Shown: piece by piece, positions 13,285 through 26,877 of the stretch | Layout: the number at the start of each line of letters is the position of its first letter | How positions within the stretch are numbered: position 1 is the first letter of the stretch | Translations under genes and position numbers: made by a program | The notes under the pieces: generated by a model | The model's input: only the letters and a program-made list of their open reading frames with translations | What the model was told of the DNA's origin: nothing | The model's database searches: none | Source of the DNA: Eledone cirrhosa | Lineage: Eukaryota | Direction: 5' to 3' | DNA: 64,000 bases | NCBI GenBank assembly: GCA_964016885.1 | Contig: OZ024755.1 | Location: 19,406,001 to 19,470,000 of the forward strand

Positions 13285-14410
13285 GATGGTGATGATGGTG
13301 TTGATGGTGATGGTGATGGTGATGATGATGATGATGGTGGTGATGATGGTGTTGATGGTGATGGTGTTGATGGTGATGGTGATGATGATGGTGGTGATGA
13401 TGGTGTTGATGGTGATGGTGTTGATGGTGATGGTGGTGATGGTGATGATGGTGTTGATGGTGATGGTGATGATGGTGATGATGGTGATGATGGTGTTGAT
13501 GATGGTGGTGATGATGGTGATGATGACGATGGTGATGATGATGATGGTGATGGTGATGGTGATGGTGATGATGGTGATGGTGGTGATGATGATGATGGTG
13601 GTGATGATGAAACACAGTACAGTGATGTCTAGATGAACCAGAGCTATTGAAAAAAAAAACCACTTCTTCTCAGTGACTCACAAATAAGGAATGCTGTCAT
13701 AGAGTGGACCTTACAAATACGGAAGTTAATAACTAGATCCCATCACTGAAACATTACTGATCATTCATATATTTATTCATTTTAGGGGTTTTATTCATTT
13801 ATTTGTTTATTTTAGGGGTTTATTTCTCTATTTTACGAGCAGTGAATTGGCAGTCATTAGAACATCAGATGGAATACTTTGTGGTTTTTGTTCTGACTTT
13901 CTGCTCTTTGAGTTTAAATCCCACCAAAATCAACATTGTTGTGGTGGTGGTGGTGGTGGTGGTGGTGATGGTGGTGGTGATGGTGTTGGTGGTGGTGATG
14001 GTGGTGTTGGTGGTGGTGATGGTGGTGCTGGTGGTGTTGGTGGTGGTGGTGTTGGTGGTGGTGGTGGTGGTGTTGGTGGTGGTGGTGGTGGTGTTGTTGG
14101 TGTTGGTGGTGGTGGTGGTGGTGGTGGTGGTGATGGTGGTGGTGGTGGTGGTGATGGTTGTTGTGGTAGTGGTGGTGGTGGTGATGACGGTTGTAGTTGT
14201 GATAGTGATGGTGGTGGTGGTGATGGTGGTGGTGATGGTGGTGGTGGTGGTGATGGCTGTGGCGATGATGGTGGTGATGGTTGTTGTTGAGGTAGTGGTG
14301 ATGATGGTGGTGTGATGATCATGGTTGATGTGGTAATGATGACTTGTGATGATGGTGATGGTGGTGATAATAAGAATGATGAACATGATGATGATGATGA
14401 TGATGGTAAT
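13285..14410. repeat. Two (GAT/GGT)n trinucleotide arrays (13285-13610 and 13940-14410)
   Basis: Direct reading; source of the poly-H, poly-G and poly-P pseudo-ORFs. Confidence 0.92.
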
Positions 14411-15559
14411 ACCAGTGGTGTGTAGGTGGGAGGTGAGGTGTGGGAGGTGACATAATGGTGATTAAAAAGGATTAATTTGATGGCAGTGGTGATTAATTAC
14501 ACCAATGATTCATTCTTTCATTAAAGTCAGTCATTTCTTATGAATTCAGTCAACACAAAGTCAGAAGAGAATATATAAGGTAAGGTGTTGTTAGGGTGGG
14601 TTGGTGGGTGGGTAAGGTGTTGTTAGGGTGAAGGGCCATAACTCTATGCTATAAAGCATGGTGTCTGACGCCCTACCGATACTGCCATTCCACCGCCCAT
14701 TTACCGGTGGGTGGGTAAAGTAATGTTAGCTTAAGGTAATGTTAGGGTTGGGTGGGTGGGTAATGTAATGTTAGGGGTAGGTGGGTAATGTAATAAGGGG
14801 GATGTGGGTGGGTATTGATGGTGTTTCGAATATCAACAGAGTCAGAGTCAATGTGATGTTGGGGGAGGGGTGATGTTGGGGGAGGGGTATTGATGGGGGA
14901 GGGGTATTAATGGGGGCGTGGGGTATCAACTGCTAGTCAGAGTCAATGTGATGTTGGGGGAGGAGTATTGATGGGGTAGGGGTATTAATGGGGGTGTGGG
15001 GTATCAACAGTCTGAGTCAGAGTCAATGTGATGTTAGCTGGGTATTGATGGAGTCAGGGTGTATGCTTTTTGATGGGTGGGTAAGGAGTGGGGGTTGTAC
15101 TGGAGGTGGTGGTGGTGGTGGTGGTGGGGGGGGGGGGGGGGGGGCAATAATTGATATCAACTAACTAGACTGGATATTTGACCATTTCAACAATGAGCAC
15201 ACCAATCCTTTGATCAACAGAATGGTTTATTTATTGAGATATTGTATTGTGGCTGAGTATTCCATAGATACTTGTACCCTTAACCATTTCATTACCAGAT
15301 TTCCCATGAGATACACATTGCCTTTGTGTTTTAAATGAACACACATGCATAGAGACATATGTACAAACATACGCATACACAAACGCACACACACACACAC
15401 ATACCCAAACACACACATACACAAATGAGTGGACACAAATGAACACATGCTTATGCACATATGTACAGACACAAACAAACACACATCCATGATGAGACAT
15501 ACACATACATACATATACACACAAACGAACACACATGCATGGACAGACATAGACACATA

Positions 15560-15605
<46 letters not shown>

Positions 15606-16020
15606 AATGTATGGCCACAAATGAATGGACAGACATATACATACATATAGACACAAGCGAACACACATGCACTGGCACGCATACACATACCTACACATAT
15701 ATATATATAGTCAAACAAACAAACACACACACACACACATACTCACAAGCACATAGTGATGACATCTTTGAGTAATGGTAGAAGATATAAAAAAGATTAA
15801 GATGTCTGCAATAACTGGTTGAGATTTATTTTCTTAATGATTTGATCCTGCCTGGCATCCTGCAGTAAATATCTAAGACAGGATTGGCAGTTTATAGTTA
15901 ATGGTTCCAAGTAATACTTTCATATGAATATGATTAACAGTTTTTCTTCACTTATATAGTTTGTGTTATTTTTCCTGACATTTTCATCTTGTTAAAAATG
16001 TATGTATATATATATATAAA

Positions 16021-16450
16021 GCGTGCATGCTCCGTTGGATGTGTAATAGTAATATACGTGAACGGCAAAGCATAAATGAACTAAGTGAGAAATTAGGAAT
16101 AAGAGGGATCAGATGCTGTTTACTCGAGAGAAGACTACGTTGGTATGGTCACGTGATGCACATGAAAGACGACAGCTGTATAAAAAAATGCAGGGCAATC
16201 AAATTAGACGGTAGCTACGGAGTAGGCAGACCCAGAAAAACCTGGGACAACTTGATAAATTCCGACCTCACACACTTACACCTCTCCAATACAATGTCAC
16301 TGGACCGAGATCTTTGGCGCTACGCAGTAATACAGTAGACCCACCTTGCCTAAGTACAAAGCGAAACCTACAGTCAGTAGGCACCTCTTAACCAAAATAC
16401 ACCCCCATCTCACTAACCCTACCTCCACCGCCATCTACACCACCTCTTTC
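16021..16450 (+). mobile_element. 5'-truncated RTE-type LINE (C-terminal ORF fragment plus probable 3'UTR)
   Basis: MLRWMCN...ERRLRWYGHVMHM...GRPRKTW...DRDLWR is the typical RTE RT C-terminus. Confidence 0.85.
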
Positions 16451-16829
16451 GATGTAAAGTTATGTTGGTACCACAATATCCAGTCCTAAATAAATGAGGT
16501 CGTGTAGGTATCATGACAAAAAAAAAAAACACAGTCCACGTTGTAATGAGGCCGTGTAGGTAACACGGTAAAAACCTCCCAGTCCTCACTGTAAACTTGC
16601 TTGATGTTAGGAAGGGTATCCAGCCGTAGAAAACCCGCCAGACAGTCCTGAGCAAGACAACCAATCTTGCCTCAAGTGGGACAATTCGCGTCCAGACCGA
16701 TGCTAGCGTGGAAGATGGACGTTAAACGATGATGATGATGATATATCAAAAGTATATATTAAGTTAGAAACTCTCAATAGTCCCTTATAATTAAAATAGC
16801 TGAAGGAAAAATTTTTTCCCAGCCTTATA

Positions 16830-16968
16830 ATATAATTTAATAAAATAAAGAGAGATAAACACAGATATATACATATATTTGTTTGAATCATAAGGGACCT
16901 AAATCGCTAGGCTCCTTATGATTCGAACACATATGTATATATCTGTGTTTATCTCTCTTTATTATATT

Positions 16969-16976
<8 letters not shown>
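16830..16976. repeat. Fold-back (imperfect hairpin, about 65-bp arms) next to (TA)n
   Basis: ATAAAGAGAGATAAACACAGATATATACATAT..GAATCATAAGG / CCTTATGATTC..ATATGTATATATCTGTGTTTATCTCTCTTTAT. Confidence 0.85.
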
Positions 16977-17004
<28 letters not shown>

Positions 17005-17410
17005 ATTGTTAAAACTCAAATAATTTTTATAAAAATAATATTGAGTGATAGGATAGGATGGGTGGATATTCATATATGATCTGTGAAAAAACTATCTGGC
17101 AAAAAAACAAAACAAACAAACCACAAAAACAATTATATGCATGGTGGAATTCAATTGTTATTCTCTTTTGAATTAGGCCCCAGGTGGTGCCACACAACCC
17201 AACGATTTTTCCACTGTTTAAAGCACAGCAGGAATGCTTCTTCCAGAATCACTCCCAGCTGTGCTAATGAAGTGTTGGTTTTCAAAGAAGTCAGAAGAAG
17301 CCATATTTGGAGTAAGCAACACCTGCCCAAGATATCATGCAGTGGGATTGAACCCAGAAACTTACGATTGTGATATGAACTTCTTAGCTATATATATATG
17401 TATGTATATA

Positions 17411-17744
17411 TCATCATCATCATTTTACGTCCGCTTTTCCCTGCTTGCAAGGGTGAGACGGGAACTGATTCTGGCTTGATTTCTACAGCTGGATGCCCTT
17501 CCTAACACCAACCTCATTTACAGTGAGTGCTGGGTGCTTTTTTTGCTGTGGCACCTCAACGACCACTTTGCAGTGGAATGATAGGGACCCCAGTCCCTAC
17601 CATCTCATTTCTACAGCTGAGTAAACTGGAGCAATGTGAAATAAAGTGTCTTGCTCAAGGAAACAACACATCACCCGGTCTGAGAATTGAACTCACAACC
17701 TTTCGATTGCAAGGCCGATGCTCTAACAACTAAGCCATGTGCCT
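17411..17744 (-). mobile_element. SINE family A copy
   Basis: Reverse complement of 10150-10489, with (ATG)n tail. Confidence 0.92.
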
Positions 17745-17998
17745 CTGTATATATATATACACACACACAATCAACATATTTATGTATGTTGATTGCTACT
17801 TCTTGTCAGAAGAGTGCCATCCCTTCATTGAACATTGCATGATCATGTGCATGCAAGTGACTTTTCAGATCCACTTTTGTTTAGCAGGATACTTGGGGCA
17901 GTAGAGTGGGTAATATGAAAAATTCGGGACCCCGGCGGATGAGCTCCTGCTGTTTCCACGGCTAGTTTGGATCTAGCTCAACCATCGGGTCCCAAATT

Positions 17999-18040
<42 letters not shown>

Positions 18041-19883
18041 GTTTGTTATAGGAAAACATAAGAATGCTGAATATGCACTCTGACACACACTAACACACAT
18101 GTAGACACACATGTGTAGAGAGAAAAAAAAACACACACATGTAGACATCTAAACCTAAATACATTAGTGCTTCAGTAGTTTCTTGTCAGATTTTATTAAC
18201 TTCGAGATTATTTTATTTATGGAACTATATTTATTGAACTATAAATAATGTTCAATAATACTTTGTAGAAGTTTGTCACCATGTGAAGAGTACTTCAGAG
18301 CTGGTCAGTATGCCATGTTTGATGACAGAACTTGAAACTGAGAGAAGGATACTTGAAAGAAGAGGGAAATAAAATAAATGAAATAAAAACAGAAATATTG
18401 GAAATCTGATGTGAAAAGAAAATGATAATCTGAGTAATATCTTTTCTGAAAATATGCTTCCTTTATATTTGTGAAAGATATACACTGACATACACATAAC
18501 CACGCACTCTCATATACACACATTTACACACACACACATACACATACACACATATATAGACACACACACACACACATATATACACACATTCACATAAACT
18601 TACACACACAGAGACTTACACACAAACAGAGTTAGCACACACTAACACACTCACACACTGAGTCAGCACACACTAACACACTCACACACTGAGTCAGCAC
18701 ATACACACACTGAGTCAGCACATACACACACCGAGTCAGCACATACATACACACACACCTACCAAGTCAGCACACACACACAAACACACACATACACATA
18801 TAAGAGAAACGTATTTATGTTGTTGCTTCATTTACATAATCAATTGTGATATTTCTCACTTTGGTCAGATTGGTGAAAGAATCAAAATTAATTACACTTC
18901 GAAGTAGGTTCAATACTTTGATGCAGGATCAAAGACTAATTGTGGTTGACTTGGCCTAGATAATACTTAGAATATTAGGTGTAATAATGATAGCCTGCTC
19001 TTGAGAACTTCACATACAAACCTTGTATGACTAAGTAACTCTTGCAAAATTTACAAAGAAATTTTCCACATCGGTACATCCCAAGATATACATATGTTTG
19101 ATCAGATAATCAATAAAATGAATGAAACTATTGTTTGATTTTATATATTCTTGTTAACATTAAATGTGAACTCAGAACATAAACAGCCAATATATTAGTT
19201 TGTAAAATAGTGCTTCTGCCGTATTTTTGACTAAGTAAATTAGTCTCTTAGTTTGGGTTATAAAAGCCCACAGAATAGAAAAAAAGGGATTAGCATTGAT
19301 GTACATGAGACACGAACCCAAATCTTTGGCTGTCATGACCATTGTGCTAACCCTTATATATATATACTTTTGTAGGGAACTTTTGTTCAATGAACTAATG
19401 TTTCTTTATGTACACATATATAAATACATGTAAATGTGGTTGGTGTTAGGAAGGGCATCCAGCTGTAGAAAACCCGCCAGATAGTCCTATGCGAGCAAGA
19501 CAACCACTCTTGCCTCAAGTGGGAAAACTCCCGTCCAAACCCATGCAAGCGTGGAACATGGACGTTAAACGATGATGATGATGAATGATGATGATGTGTG
19601 TATTGTATATATATATATATATATATATATAGTTCTTTTTTTAGTGATCGCAAGATCCCTAACCTCATTTGTTTACTGCGTGGGGTAGAACTCATCAAAT
19701 CAGATCAAGGAAACTGTTTCCATTGGTCTTTCCAAGGCTGATACCACATACTGGTCACAGCTCCTGGCACAAGAGCAACGTGAAATAATTGATCACCGAG
19801 TCTGGGAGTCAAACTCACAACCTTAAGATTGGGAATCAAACTCTCTAACACTAAACCACATACCTTCATATATATATACATAT

Positions 19884-20011
19884 AATAATTAAGTCAAATA
19901 TGTAAAATTTGGCTTTGTTATTATAAATTATAGCTGTACTGCAAGTATACTGCAGTATAGCTATAATTTATAATAAACGAAGCCAAATTTTACATATTTG
20001 ACTTAATTATT
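19884..20011. repeat. Fold-back hairpin (about 60-bp arms) next to (TA)n
   Basis: AATAATTAAGTCAAATATGTAAAATTTGGCTT...TACTGCA / TGCAGTA...AAGCCAAATTTTACATATTTGACTTAATTATT. Confidence 0.88.
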
Positions 20012-20478
20012 TTACATTACTCTGGAGTAAACAAACCAACCTGTGTACTTTGTTGAGTGCTCCAATCTGCATACTGAGGTGTCGGTAAACAACCAACATA
20101 TACTAAAAATAAATATATATATATCTCATCATCATCATTATCACCATTTAGCATCCATTTTTCCACATTTACAGTGTGGAACTGGAGAGCTCTATTATGA
20201 GGAAGGACAGGCCAGTTGGCTGTACTGAACCTGTCTCACAGAAGGACCATAGTTTTGGAACCCAGTACCAGATGGCACTGATACGAGGAGCCTAACACAT
20301 CTCACAGCATAGCCATAGTTTTGAGTGCACCCAGTACTGGATGGCACTGCTATGAGGAGGGTCATATATATATTTCTATATTAAATATTGTATGTACTCT
20401 ATTATGTATTGAGTACCTTACTGTGGTTACCCCTGATTGAACCTGGGATACACACATATATATATATATATGTGCTTG

Positions 20479-20931
20479 TGTGAGATGTGCAATGCTGCAT
20501 GGTAGTGAGACATGGGCAGCAACTGCAGAAGATATGCGATGGCTGGAGAGAAATGAAGCAAGTATGCTCCGTTGGATGTGTAATGTCAATGTGCGTGAAC
20601 GACCAAGCATGGATGAGTTGAGAGAGAAACTGTGTATAAGAGGGATAAGTTGTGGTGTGCAGGAGAGAAGACTGAGATGGTATGGACATGTGATGCGCAT
20701 GGGGGATGACCGATGGGTAAAAAAGTACCAGGAAATCCCAGTAGAAGGAAGACGCAGTAGAGGAAGACCACGAAAAACATGGGCGGAGGTGGTGAGAGCA
20801 GACCTCAGATCGCTGAAACTCACGAAGGAGATGACGAAGGACCGTGACAAGTGGAGAGATGCTGTGTTGAATAGGACCCGTCTAACCCTTGCAAGCAGGG
20901 AAAAGCAGACGTAAAATGATGATGATGATGA
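20479..20931 (+). mobile_element. 5'-truncated RTE-type LINE with intact C-terminal frame and (ATG)n tail
   Basis: AMLHGSETW...MLRWMC...ERRLRWYGHVMRM...GRPRKTW...DRDKWR; the 3' end matches the SINE-A tail. Confidence 0.9.
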
Positions 20932-21479
20932 TATATGACTAACTATGAGCTTCAATTGATTGGACAGTTAAAATCATATCAAGATTTATTACTTAGTTTT
21001 ATATACATTAAAGTTGTTGCTTGCCCAACCTATTATTACACTATAGCCTTTAGTGAAGAAACATTATCACTTTTTGTTTACTTTCTAAGATGGTTAATAT
21101 CAATTTTGTTAATATCAATTTTGTCAACAAAACATCTGTAAGAAAATAAAATTTCAAGATGTTGGCGCTGTTCCACATAATTCTATTGATCATCAATTGG
21201 TATTGCAATTTCATCATTGTAAGATTATAAAAAAGAAAACATAAATAAATGAATGAATAAATAAATAAATAAAAATTATGTCTGTCTATCTGAAGAATTA
21301 CAGTACGTTAGATAGATAGATAGATAGATAGATGGATAGATAGATAGATGGATAGATAGATGGATAGATGGAAGATGGGGGGACGAATGGGTGGACAGAT
21401 AGATAGATGGACAGATAGATACATAGATAGATAGATGGGTAGATGGGTAGATAGATAGATGGATGGGTGAACGGATAGA

Positions 21480-21790
21480 TATGTTTCTTTTTATTTGCCA
21501 CCAGGGCATCAAAAAGTGGGACAAGTACAATGGGGGGAGTTTACGTGAAAAGGCGAGTAAAGAAAATATATAACAAATATAAAATTAACAAAATTAACAA
21601 TAAGTCCTCAATAGGGAGGGGGCGTTTGGGGGGTCGCACACACCCCCGAAAAAAGTGTGCAACCCCTTCTCCTCAGGAGCACAGAGAAGGGGTGCTCCCT
21701 CATTCCTTCCTCTTTTCCACCTACAGGCTTATGTAAAGAGAGGGCCCATTCACACGGGCCATTCTCGCCACTTTCACCCACCTTTCATAA
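21480..21790 (-). mobile_element. Probable LINE 3' end inserted in GATA/GGAT microsatellite (possibly L1/Tx1-like)
   Basis: Minus strand ends ...GTGGCAAATAAAAAGAAA; a similar end occurs at about 36920-37110(+), and possibly 6895-7020(-). Clade assignment is tentative. Confidence 0.4.
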
Positions 21791-22092
21791 TGGATGGGTA
21801 GATGGGTAGATGGGTAGATGGATGGATGGATGGGTGGGTGGACGGATGGGTGGACGGATGGGTGGACGGATGGGTGGACGGATGGGTGGACGGATGGGTG
21901 GACGGATGGGTGGACGGATGGGTGGACGGATGGGTGGACGGATGGGTGGACGGATGGGTGGACGGATGGGTGGACGGATGGGTGGACGGATGGGTGGACG
22001 GATGGGTGGACGGATGGGTGGACGGATGGGTGGACAGATGGGTGGACGGATGGGTGGACGGATGGGTGGACAGATAGATGGATAGATAGATG

Positions 22093-22160
<68 letters not shown>

Positions 22161-22200
22161 GGCAGGCAGGCAGGCAGGCAGACAGACAGATAGACAGACA
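21790..22200. repeat. (GGTGGACGGATG)n 12-bp array followed by (GACA)n
   Basis: Direct reading. Confidence 0.95.
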
Positions 22201-22536
22201 GAAAGATGTCAGATAAAATAATATGGTTGACTCTGATATGATGGATAGAAAGGTAGATAGATAGAGAAATAGACAGACAGTCAGACAGAAAAAAAGACAG
22301 ACAGACAGACAGAAAGATAGACAGACAGACAGAAATATGTCAACTAAAATAATGTGGTTGACTGTGAGAGATAAGTTAATGATGTTAATTTAAGGTTTCA
22401 CTTTTCACAAAATATTTACAATGTCAGTATTTGGAGATTTCACGAAACCTAAAAAAGGCAGATTCTGTAGAATGTTCTGAATAACTGAATTTCTGAGACT
22501 GGGTTTAAGATGTTGTGATGTTTATGATGTGCCAGG

Positions 22537-22571
<35 letters not shown>

Positions 22572-22574
22572 TTT

Positions 22575-22915
22575 CATCATCATCATCGTCATTTTACATC
22601 CGCTTTTTCCCTGCTTGCAAGGGTGGGACGGGAACTGATTCTGGCTTGATTTCTACAGCTGGATGCCCTTCCTAACACCAACCTCATTTACAGTGAGTGC
22701 TGGGTGCTTTTTTGCCGTGGCACCTCCACGACCACTTTGCAGTGGAATGATAGGGACCCCAGTCCCTATCATCTCGTTTCTACAGCTGAGTAAACTGGAG
22801 CAATGTGAAATGAAGTGTCTTGCTCAAGGAAACAACACATCACCCGGTCTGAGAATTGAACTCACAACCTTTCGATTGCAAGCCCAATGCTCTAACCATT
22901 AAGCCATGTGCCTCC
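22575..22915 (-). mobile_element. SINE family A copy
   Basis: Near-identical to 17411-17744. Confidence 0.92.
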
Positions 22916-23204
22916 ATATATATAAACAAGCAAATTATATATAAACAAGCAAATTATAAACATAAACATGTAAGTATGTTTTTGAAACGGTGCGCGAGTT
23001 TGAAATTAGAAATTAGAAAATATAAGCTTTCACCATATTTTAGACTAAAGAAATTTCTAGCCTGATATTGGCGTTTATAACCCTCGGAGAAATGGAAAAA
23101 GATGAGTGTTGCCGTTCATTATATATATATATATAATAATAATTGTTTCTACTTTTGGCACAAGGCCATCAAATTACCCAGTACATTACTGGTACTTTAT
23201 TTTA

Positions 23205-23405
23205 AATACAAGGACAATTGGTTAAGCCTTCGCTACATTTATTGATTGGTGATGTGCGTTTTGCTATTGAAAACAGAGGTCCGACGAGCTTTTGATTCCA
23301 GAGTCAGGCCAGATCGATACAGATCGAACCTTGCACTGATCAATAGTAAAACGCGTGTCACCAATCAATAAACATAATGAAGGCTTAACCAATCATCCTT
23401 GTATT
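23205..23405. repeat. Fold-back element (about 65-bp arms) bracketed by inverted SINE-B ends
   Basis: AATACAAGGA..TTGGTTAAGCCTTC..TTTATTGATTGGTGA..GCGTTTT.CTATTGA / TCAATAG.AAAACGC..TCACCAATCAATAAA..GAAGGCTTAACCAA..TCCTTGTATT. Confidence 0.85.
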
Positions 23406-23929
23406 ATTATTGAATTGGCAGTATCGGTAGAGGGTTGGACGCCATGCTTTTTAGCATAGTTACGTCCCTTTACAGTCTGAGTTCAAATCCCGACGAGGTT
23501 GACTTTGCCTTTCATCCTTACGGGGTCGATAAAATAAAGTACCAGTAATACACTGGGATAATTGCTGGCCTTGTGCCAAAAGTAGAAACAATTATTTAAA
23601 TACACCACGACTCACTATCATTTTCCCTCTACTATACTCTTCTTACATCCAACTCCGCCATCTCACTCACCCCAGTAAATCATTTCCAATTCTGCCCTCC
23701 ATCCCTTCAATCTTTTTAATTTCTCATTCTGTCTTCTGAAAGAGCAAGACACTTTATTTCATGCTGCTCCTTCTGCGTAGAGTTGTGACCGGTAGATAGT
23801 ATTAGTTAAAGGAAACATTGTTTCCTTGGTCCGATTTGATGAACTCCACCCTACTTGGTAAGCAAATGTCTGGGATCCTGTCAATTGATTCCTTTTACTC
23901 TGCTATTTGAAAGGTGTTTGATAAAAGGT

Positions 23930-24270
23930 GTACATTGTTAAAAGCCTGAAAAGTGCTAGATCTTTCCAAGAAGGTGGACACTACTAAAAGCCTCTAAATG
24001 GCCAGGTATTGACAAGAGGGTGTAGATAAGAGGGTGTACAAGGGTGTACACTGCTAAAAACCTCTAAAAGGCCAGGTGTACACTGTTAAAACCCTATAAA
24101 TTGCCAGATGTTTGCAAGAGAGTGTACACTGCTAAAACCCTATAAATGGCCAGATGTTTGCAAGAGAGTGTACACTGTTAAAACCCTATAAATGGCCAGA
24201 TGTTTGCAAGAGAGTGTACACTGCTAAAAGCTTCTAATGAGCTAGGTATTTGAAAGAGGGTATACACTGC
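23930..24270. repeat. Degenerate 46-bp tandem repeat (GTGTACACTGCTAAAACCCTATAAATGGCCAGATGTTTGCAAGAGA)
   Basis: Direct reading. Confidence 0.85.
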
Positions 24271-24275
24271 TAAGG

Positions 24276-24550
24276 TGGAGCTACATGGCCTAGTGATATG
24301 GTTGTTGGACTTACGATCATAATTTTTATGGGTTCGATTCCTGGGTTGCATGTTGTGTTCTTGAGCAAAACACTTTATTTCACGTTGCTCCAGTATACTC
24401 AGCTGTAAATGAGTACCAGCAATAGCTGGGGGTTAACCCTGTGATGGACTGGCGCCCTGTCCAGGGGGAATCTTGTAAACTCAGTCGCTTCATGCTATGA
24501 AACTGGGATAAGCACTGGCCTAACAAGCCTTCTGGCTTGAGACAGACTTT
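24276..24550 (+). mobile_element. tRNA-derived SINE sharing the SINE-A central domain but with a different 3' part
   Basis: TGGCCTAGTG, GGTTCGATTCC, CTTGAGCAAAACACTTTATTTCAC, then AACCCTGTGATGGACTGG...GTCGCTTCATGCTA. Confidence 0.75.
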
Positions 24551-25989
24551 AGATACATTGCTAAAAGCTTCTAAAGGGCCAGCTGTTTGAAAATTATCAA
24601 AATAATTATAACATTCTTTTTACTAATACTGTTCTGCATCACTTGCCATAATATAAACAAAGCTCACGCTGGAAGTGTTACACACTCACATAGAATGAAA
24701 CAGATCTGGCATTATATATATTGATTAATACATGCATGCATGCACATATACATATAAATAGTAGCTACTTGCAGAGAGGTTTAATATCATTTGCATCTAT
24801 AATTATCAATCAGACAAATAAGAGAATTAGAATATATATGAAATGAAAAGCTACTAAAATTATCTGCCACTTTGTGCTACCAATTCAACCAAACTGACTA
24901 ATAATATGCCGCAGCTAATATTATCTTATTTTGCTTTATGAAAACATATTTAACCCTTCTCATATTAAACTGCCTGAAACAGCTCTTGGTTCTACAATAT
25001 AAAACTGTTTATTTTAAAGTGTTTATATTATTTATTTCAAAACTTTCCATTATAATGTTATGTAAGAACTGTTGTTAAGTTATCTCTCTGAAGTTAGATG
25101 AATAATAAGGAAGTTATTTATATTGTTAAGTCTCTCTAAATTTTTGATTGTTTTAAAAGTTATTTGAAAATCATAGGGGACAGTATCTTTCATTGCGGTG
25201 GATTGGCAGTATCGGTAGAGGGTCGGACGCCATGCTTTGACGCATAGAGTTACGGCCCTTGCCATTCTGAGTTCAAATCCCGCCGAGGTTAACTTTGCCT
25301 TTCATCCTTACGGGGGTCGATAAAATAAAGTACCAGTGGGTAATTTCTGGCCTTGTGCCAATAGTAAAAACAATTATAAATATGGTAATGAAATGGTTAA
25401 AGATATAGGCAGGATCTTTCATTAGAAATATGGTAACGGAATTGTTAAAGACAGACTGCATCTTTTGTTAGAAATATGGTAATGAACTGGTTAAAGACAT
25501 AGACTGTATCTTTCATAAGAAATATGGTAACAAAATGGTTAAACTAAACATTTATTTAACTTTACCATATTCACATCACTTTCATTCGAATTTTTGTAAA
25601 AGACAACATTAGCCTTTTGCAACAGTTTCAAAAGAGTTGTATCATTGAAGATGTTTGTGTATTAAAGGTTAACTCTTTCGAATTTATATTCAAGTCAAGC
25701 TAACCCTATCAGAAATCTATTCAAAAAAGGACTTTGCTAATATCAGTCAGAATGAAAAATTAACCCCGACCCGACCCATCCAAAAAAACAAAACAAACCC
25801 ATTGAGGAATTAGAGATGAAATTCCAAATGTAGAAGCAAAGCTTAGGATCGACAGGTCTCTCACAGAAAACCAGGCAAATATCAGTTACAAAAGAGCTTT
25901 TTACATCTACATATTCCTCAAAGACACTGATGCCATTGTTCTATTTATTTTCTTAGTTTCAACATAACTCCTACTTTGATTTTTTCTTG

Positions 25990-26025
<36 letters not shown>

Positions 26026-26251
26026 GTAAAATGTAAGTCCAAAGAATCATTATATATTTATGTATATATATTTATATAAACACACACACATATATATATA
26101 TATATACACATCATCATCATCAACGTTTAACGTCCGTGTTCCACGCTTGCATGGGTTTGGACGGGGGTTTTCCCACTTGAGGCAAGAGTGATTGTCTTGC
26201 TCGCATAGGACTGTCTGGCAGGTTTTCTACAGTTGGATGCCCTTCCTAACA

Positions 26252-26307
<56 letters not shown>

Positions 26308-26400
26308 TATATACACACACACACACATATATACACGCACACACACACATATATATACACACACACACACACACATATATACACACACACATATATATAT

Positions 26401-26439
<39 letters not shown>

Positions 26440-26597
26440 CAAACACACATCATATCATCATCCTCGTTTAACGTCCACTTTCCACGCTAGCATGGGTTAG
26501 ACGGGAGTTGTCCCACTTGAGGCAAAGTTGGTCGCTCATATAGGACTATCTGGCAGGTTTTCTACAGCTGGATGCCCTTCCTAACACCAACCACATT

Positions 26598-26634
<37 letters not shown>

Positions 26635-26792
26635 GGTACGTTATTCCGGGTTGAATCGTAGGTAACCACAGTAAGTAAGGTACTCAACTGATGATTTCTA
26701 AAGAATGAAACAGTTCTAGTCCTGTAGAATCTCATCTATATTTATATATATACACACACACACACATATATATATATATTCCTGGAGAATAA

Positions 26793-26825
<33 letters not shown>

Positions 26826-26877
26826 TATATATGTATTCATTGAGAATAAATATATATATATATATATATATATGTAT

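Noticed and set aside
18276-18350. Possible alternative first exon ending ATG|gtgaca
   Set aside because: Poor donor and a short upstream ORF; no independent support.
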